The notes below the pieces were generated by a model. The model had not been told where the DNA came from and did not search any database. It saw only the letters and a program-made list of their open reading frames with translations. A DNA stretch of 64,000 nt from Chrysomallon squamiferum (Eukaryota; Animalia; Mollusca). Positions 58,951 through 64,000 of the stretch are shown one piece after another (position 1 is the stretch's first letter; every line of letters starts with the position of its first letter). The stretch spans positions 7,378,001 to 7,442,000 of the forward strand of contig CM022671.1 in assembly GCA_012295275.1 (NCBI GenBank), written 5' to 3'. The position numbers and the translations under genes are program-made.

Positions 58951-59650
58951 TCTGGACACTGTGACTCCTCTTGAATCTGACCCAATTTTTATTTTTTTAT
59001 TTTTTACAAGAGATCGGGACAAAAGGTTTAACAGTAAATCAAAAAAAAAAAAAAAAACATCTGCTTGTTATGTGTAAAAGTAGTAAGTTATAGCTTATAT
59101 CACATGCAAGTATATTTGAAGAAACTGTAGAACTATTCGTATGTTTGGCTTGGTATATTAAAATATGTTGAAAATTTTCGAACCTGGCTACGCCACCAAC
59201 ATATTTCTTGCTACAAATATTTTCATAATTACATTTTTTTATAATTATGATTGTTGGAAGAAAAGTTAAAAAAAAAAAAAAAAAAAAAAAATCAGGACAC
59301 TGTGACTCTCCTCTTGAATCTGACCCAATTTTTTTTTTTTTTTTTTTTTTTTACAAGAGATCGGGACAAAAGGTTTAACAGTAAATAAAAAAAAAAAAAA
59401 AAAAACAACAACATCTGCTTGTTATGTGTAAAAGTAGTAAGTTATAGCTTATATCACATGCAAGTATATTTGAAGAAACTGTAGAACTATTCGTATGTTT
59501 GGCTTGGTATATTAAAGTATTTTGAAAATTTTCGAACCTGGCTACGCCACCAACATATTTCTTGCTACAAATATTTTCATAATTAAATTTTTGTATAATT
59601 ATGATTGTGGAAGAAAAGTTAAAAAAAAAAAAAAAAAAAAAAAATTAAAA
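58951..59650. repeat. Near-identical ~350-bp tandem duplication bounded by poly-A runs
   Basis: ggacactgtgactc...gaatctgacccaa...cgaacctggctacgccaccaac...ggaagaaaagttaaaa starts at about 58951 and 59292; the copies differ mostly in homopolymer length. Confidence 0.93.
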
Positions 59651-61215
59651 AAATCTTGTATTCTGGGCTGTAGGTTTTCATGTATTTCGGGTCCTCCTCA
59701 ACACTTCAGTTTTTCACACCACTATAGTTAGTAACAGTGATTCAGTCTAAAACTGACAGGCATCTGAATATACAGCTCTGCTTCTAGTTTGCTGGTATAG
59801 TTAAAAAACAACAAACAAGAAGAAATGTGATGAACATTGTAATAAACTACGTCATGATTGAAACAAAATAGATAACAAAGTATATCAGAAATATTTGTAA
59901 ACAAATACTATCTAAAGATATCTAAAAATAGTTAATATCAAAATATATTTATAAAGAAAATAAAAATTGTAAAATAATCTTAAAAAGATTTATCACTGAT
60001 GATTCTGTACATACATCACAAGAGAACTTTCCTATATACAAAAGCATTATAAATAAATGTCACAAAACAATAAAGCAAATCTAGAAAGGGCTTCAATTAC
60101 TGGAGTTAGAAATCATAAAACCAAAGGCCCTGTTAAATATAATTTTTATGGACTGAACAAATATTATAAATGCATAATTTTGATAAAAATCACAATAAAA
60201 TAACAAACACATGATAGCAGTGTCATTGTTTTAACTCTTGAAATGTAAAAAAATAAAAATAATGGCTTTAATTTTCTCAGTTTATTAGTCTCTATACAAA
60301 AAAAAGGGTGCCATAATAAATAAAAGTGTCAATCCATCAACCCTCTCAGGTTTATTATTTTATTTTATTATAGGACTGGAGTGATTATAAGATATAAATA
60401 AAAAAAATAACTTGGAAGAACCTAAAACGTATTAATGCTTTAAATCAATGCTTGTTAAACTCAGTGAATTGAGGGAAAGTTAAGATGAAAATTATTACAA
60501 ATATGAGGAAATTCAGTCATGGCTGCATAAAAATTTGAAATGGTTTATGAAGCAGTGCTTTAAGTAGATGTTTCCTATGCTGACAGTAAAATAATATATC
60601 ACAGTATAAATAAATGGGTTTATAGAATTTGAGGAAGGCACCAAATTACTGTTGGATATAAAATAACTTATAAAAACATATATTCAAGTTTTTGGCTCTA
60701 ACACAATTTACAATCTGTCAGACATGTCTGTGCATAATATAAATATTTATTAACATATTCATATATTCATTAAATAAATTTGCATTAAAAGATTATCACT
60801 ACTGAGCTAAGTGTGGGGTTTAGACTGAAAGTTTGATTCTGGAATGTTTAATTTATAAGTACAGATTGCAAGAACATACTATTAATTTATACATAAAGTC
60901 TGTTGATGTTTTCTTTCTTGATTTCATTTGGCTGAAAAAGGGGCCAGATTTTGATTCTGCGAGACCCTAATCTATGGAAAACTTCAGAGGTCCAATACAA
61001 ATATTAACAGAATAATGAATGCTGTGTAATAGCTGATGTGAAATTCCAGAGGTTCCCTTTTAATTGTGAGGCTCAAAGCAATCAGCAACTTTTTCCAGCT
61101 TATTACCAACTCTGACATTGTATGCAGATTTCTAAAATGACTTTCAGATGTTCTTGTCAAATCACATGATCAAAATGACTGAATTATTTTCCTCTTAATA
61201 TATTTTCTGACTTAG

Positions 61216-61781
61216 TTAAAGACCCAGTTCAACAGCTCTCCTGTCTTCCCTCCATCTCTGAATTAACTGCATCATCTTGTCACTGGCTTCTTGTTGCTGG
61301 TGTGGTGACATCAGTTCAAACTCCCCAGGATTCAGTCGTTTTCCAAAAACCTCAAACTGCAAAATTAAACATTTGTATAATTGAATCAAATGAAATAATG
61401 GAAGCAAACTGGTATTCTGACATGCATCATTTTTCTCTTCATCATATTCATCGATGACAACAATAATATAACATGATTATTATCATTATTTACTTCAAAA
61501 GGAATGAGCATGTTCAAAAAGCAGTTTTTCTACTTTTCAAGGAAATCAAATATTTCATTCATTAAGCTATTGAAAAGAAAATACATGAAATATGATTCTC
61601 CTTCAGTTTGATATCTTTCAAATCCTCATAATCATATCTTCTAAATAATTCCCAGAATATCTTTGTTTTAAAAGTAACAACACTTCAGCCTGTATGGTGC
61701 AAAAAAAACACACCCCAAAACAACAACAAAAAAAACCCCTCAAAACCCCAAAACTACTGTGATTTCATACTGCTGTCTATG

Positions 61782-61818
<37 letters not shown>

Positions 61819-62998
61819 TTATCAGGAAAACATCAAAGATGAAAAAAAATCTATTCTAAGACAAATATGAAAATTGAAGCTGATGGGAAAACCCCCCTAA
61901 AACCCCCCTAAAACCCCAAACAAGATCAAATGTCTGCTATTTAAAAACTGAAATGACATGACTTCATGTTGTTCTGTAATTTGTTTTCAGAAAAAAAAAA
62001 AAATCAAAGAATATAAAATCTACTTTGCACAATATATTTTTCTGTGTAACTTTATCTGGTTGTTTAAATAATGCATGCTTCAATCAGCATTATTAGATAG
62101 AAAAATGTAGCCAGTCTTTTATGTTAGGACATTTCATCAATTATGTATGACATTAGCCTCATAATGTCACAAGTTGGCAAAGTATTTGAATATTTATTGT
62201 CATTGAATTTGGTGTCTGTTAATCCTAAAATACACACAAGGTTGCAGTTTTTGTATTTTTAGAAAGACATAACAACTTACAACATTACACAAACTATACA
62301 TTTTAGCAAATAAAAAAATATTATTTTAAGGATATATTCTTATATATTATATTATTAACAGAAATAAATCTATTTTTACAATAGTCCTATTTTACTGTGA
62401 TGATATAATAAATAATAAAAATATAATAATAATAAAAATAATAATGACAATAATAACTAATGATAACAAAAATAAAATAAAATACAAAGTAAATTCTATA
62501 TGTGTCAAATGAGATTTTAAATTAAAAATTATGATATGACTGTATTTAACAACAATAAAAGATGTTTGGATTTCAAAAATTGATTCCAAATGATATAAAA
62601 CAACAATTATGTTAATAATAATAGTAATTGTTTATTATTTTAATTAATTTATTTATTATTGTTGTTGTTGTTGTTACTGTACTGTTATTGTTACTGTTAT
62701 TTATTAATTTATTATAATAATTATTAGCATTTCAACATACCCTGTCAATGCCCTTTCCAAATGCAACTGTTATTGTATAACATTTTTTTTTTTTTTTTTT
62801 ATAATATCAGAACAAATATTAAGATACATATTATTCCATTTTTAATATATAATAAAAAAAAACCTTGATATCTATGTAGGTGCACATCGTTGTCAAAATA
62901 ATGTACCTGTGCTTTTTTCAAGTCGTCAATGTTTTGTCTAATGTAGCCTTCTGTAGCTTGGTTCAATACCTCTCTGTTATTACCCTCGCCATGAGCAA
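61216..62998 (-). CDS. Last two coding exons of an unidentified gene that starts beyond the window end
   Basis: Exon 62998-62907 (ttctag acceptor, CAG|gtacat donor) splices in frame to 61356-61216 (ttttgcag acceptor, stop TAA), giving xAHGEGNNREVLNQATEGYIRQNIDDLKKAQ-FEVFGKRLNPGEFELMSPHQQQEASDKMMQLIQRWREDRRAVELGL*. Family not recognised. Confidence 0.8.
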
Positions 62999-63019
62999 CT
63001 AGAAGCAAAACATAGAAAC

Positions 63020-63440
63020 AATATTTAACAATATTAATATGAGGATTTAACAACATGAATACAATGATGATATAACAATATTAATTTAAAAATTATAGTG
63101 TATGAATATAATGAACATTCAACAGTATAAACAAGGATTTAACAATATATATGAAAATGTAACTATATGAATATAATGATGATTTAATTATGTAAATACA
63201 AGGATTTTGTAACAATAACATTTGATAATTTAAAAAAACAGTGTTTAAAAATAAAAATATAGGATAATCAAAAGAAATATAACCAGGATCATACTATAAT
63301 CTAATAATGAAAAAGCAATACAAATATATTATTTAACAGTATTGAAATAATGATATGTATCAGTTAAAAATGAAGAAGATCTAACAATATAAAAATAAAT
63401 AAAATTTTAACAGTACAAAGTCAGTTTAACAACAGTCTAA

Positions 63441-63487
<47 letters not shown>

Positions 63488-63490
63488 TAT
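63020..63490. repeat. Degenerate AT-rich short-period array in an intron of the - strand gene
   Basis: Repeated ttaacaatat...aat(g/a)a(g/t)gat motifs, ending in (AAT)n. Confidence 0.6.
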
Positions 63491-64000
63491 GAAATATCAA
63501 TATTTTGTAATTAGGACTTTTTTAAAGGTGCATAACTCTTGTAAAATAAAACTTATAAATACTGACAGTGTAAAAATGAGTCTGCTATGACTCTAATGTT
63601 TAAATTTTAATTATTTATTTATTTTACTGTTTCTTTAATTCTTTTATTTTATTATTATTATTTTTCATTTTCATTTATTTTAAAAGATGTGAAAGAAGGA
63701 CAGAATTTCTTGTGCCATTCTTTAGTATTAGCAAAGACCGATGACTATTACCAAATAAAACATATATGCATGTATCCGTATTATTGTTATAAAGTTCTAC
63801 TTGTCTGATTTGAAGTGTATGTGTGTGTGTAATGTATTTAGATTATTTTATCATACCAGAAAAACACTTTACTTACGATAACAACAGATGTCACCAGTGT
63901 AAATATTTATATTAAATAATAGATGCAAATGTTGACGTTTTAGTACACTTGGTGACAGTAAGATATTTCTGTATTTCTGTTTTCTCTGATGTTTTATAGA

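Noticed and set aside
61888-61920. Telomere-like or G-quadruplex motif (CCCCCCTAAAA)n
   Set aside because: Only 2-3 irregular units, not TTAGGG; low-complexity intron sequence.

Overview
AT-rich, intron-rich animal genomic DNA, probably a lophotrochozoan such as a mollusc (inferred from gene structure, repeat style and mosaic CpG depletion). Exons were assembled by hand from GT-AG boundaries and reading phase. Four protein-coding loci are supported. (1) The 3' part of an ADAMTS9/ADAMTS20/GON-1-type metalloprotease, + strand, 17 exons (11 TSP1 exons plus the GON domain), stop at 19780. (2) A complete GANP/MCM3AP (TREX-2 scaffold) gene, + strand, 27 coding exons, about 1923 aa. (3) A single-exon 262-aa ORF of unrecognised family, - strand, with RFX/FOX-like motifs upstream. 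(4) The last two exons of an unidentified - strand gene. Introns hold a Tc2/pogo-like MITE, SINE-like copies, a possible hAT-like element and many tandem repeats. The best leads are an Arg-rich read-through tail behind ADAMTS exon 6 whose two halves meet in a +1 frame change at a CAA-TGA-A stop, and tandem repeats in GANP that multiply real splice donor and acceptor sites. No rRNA, tRNA or CRISPR features were seen.
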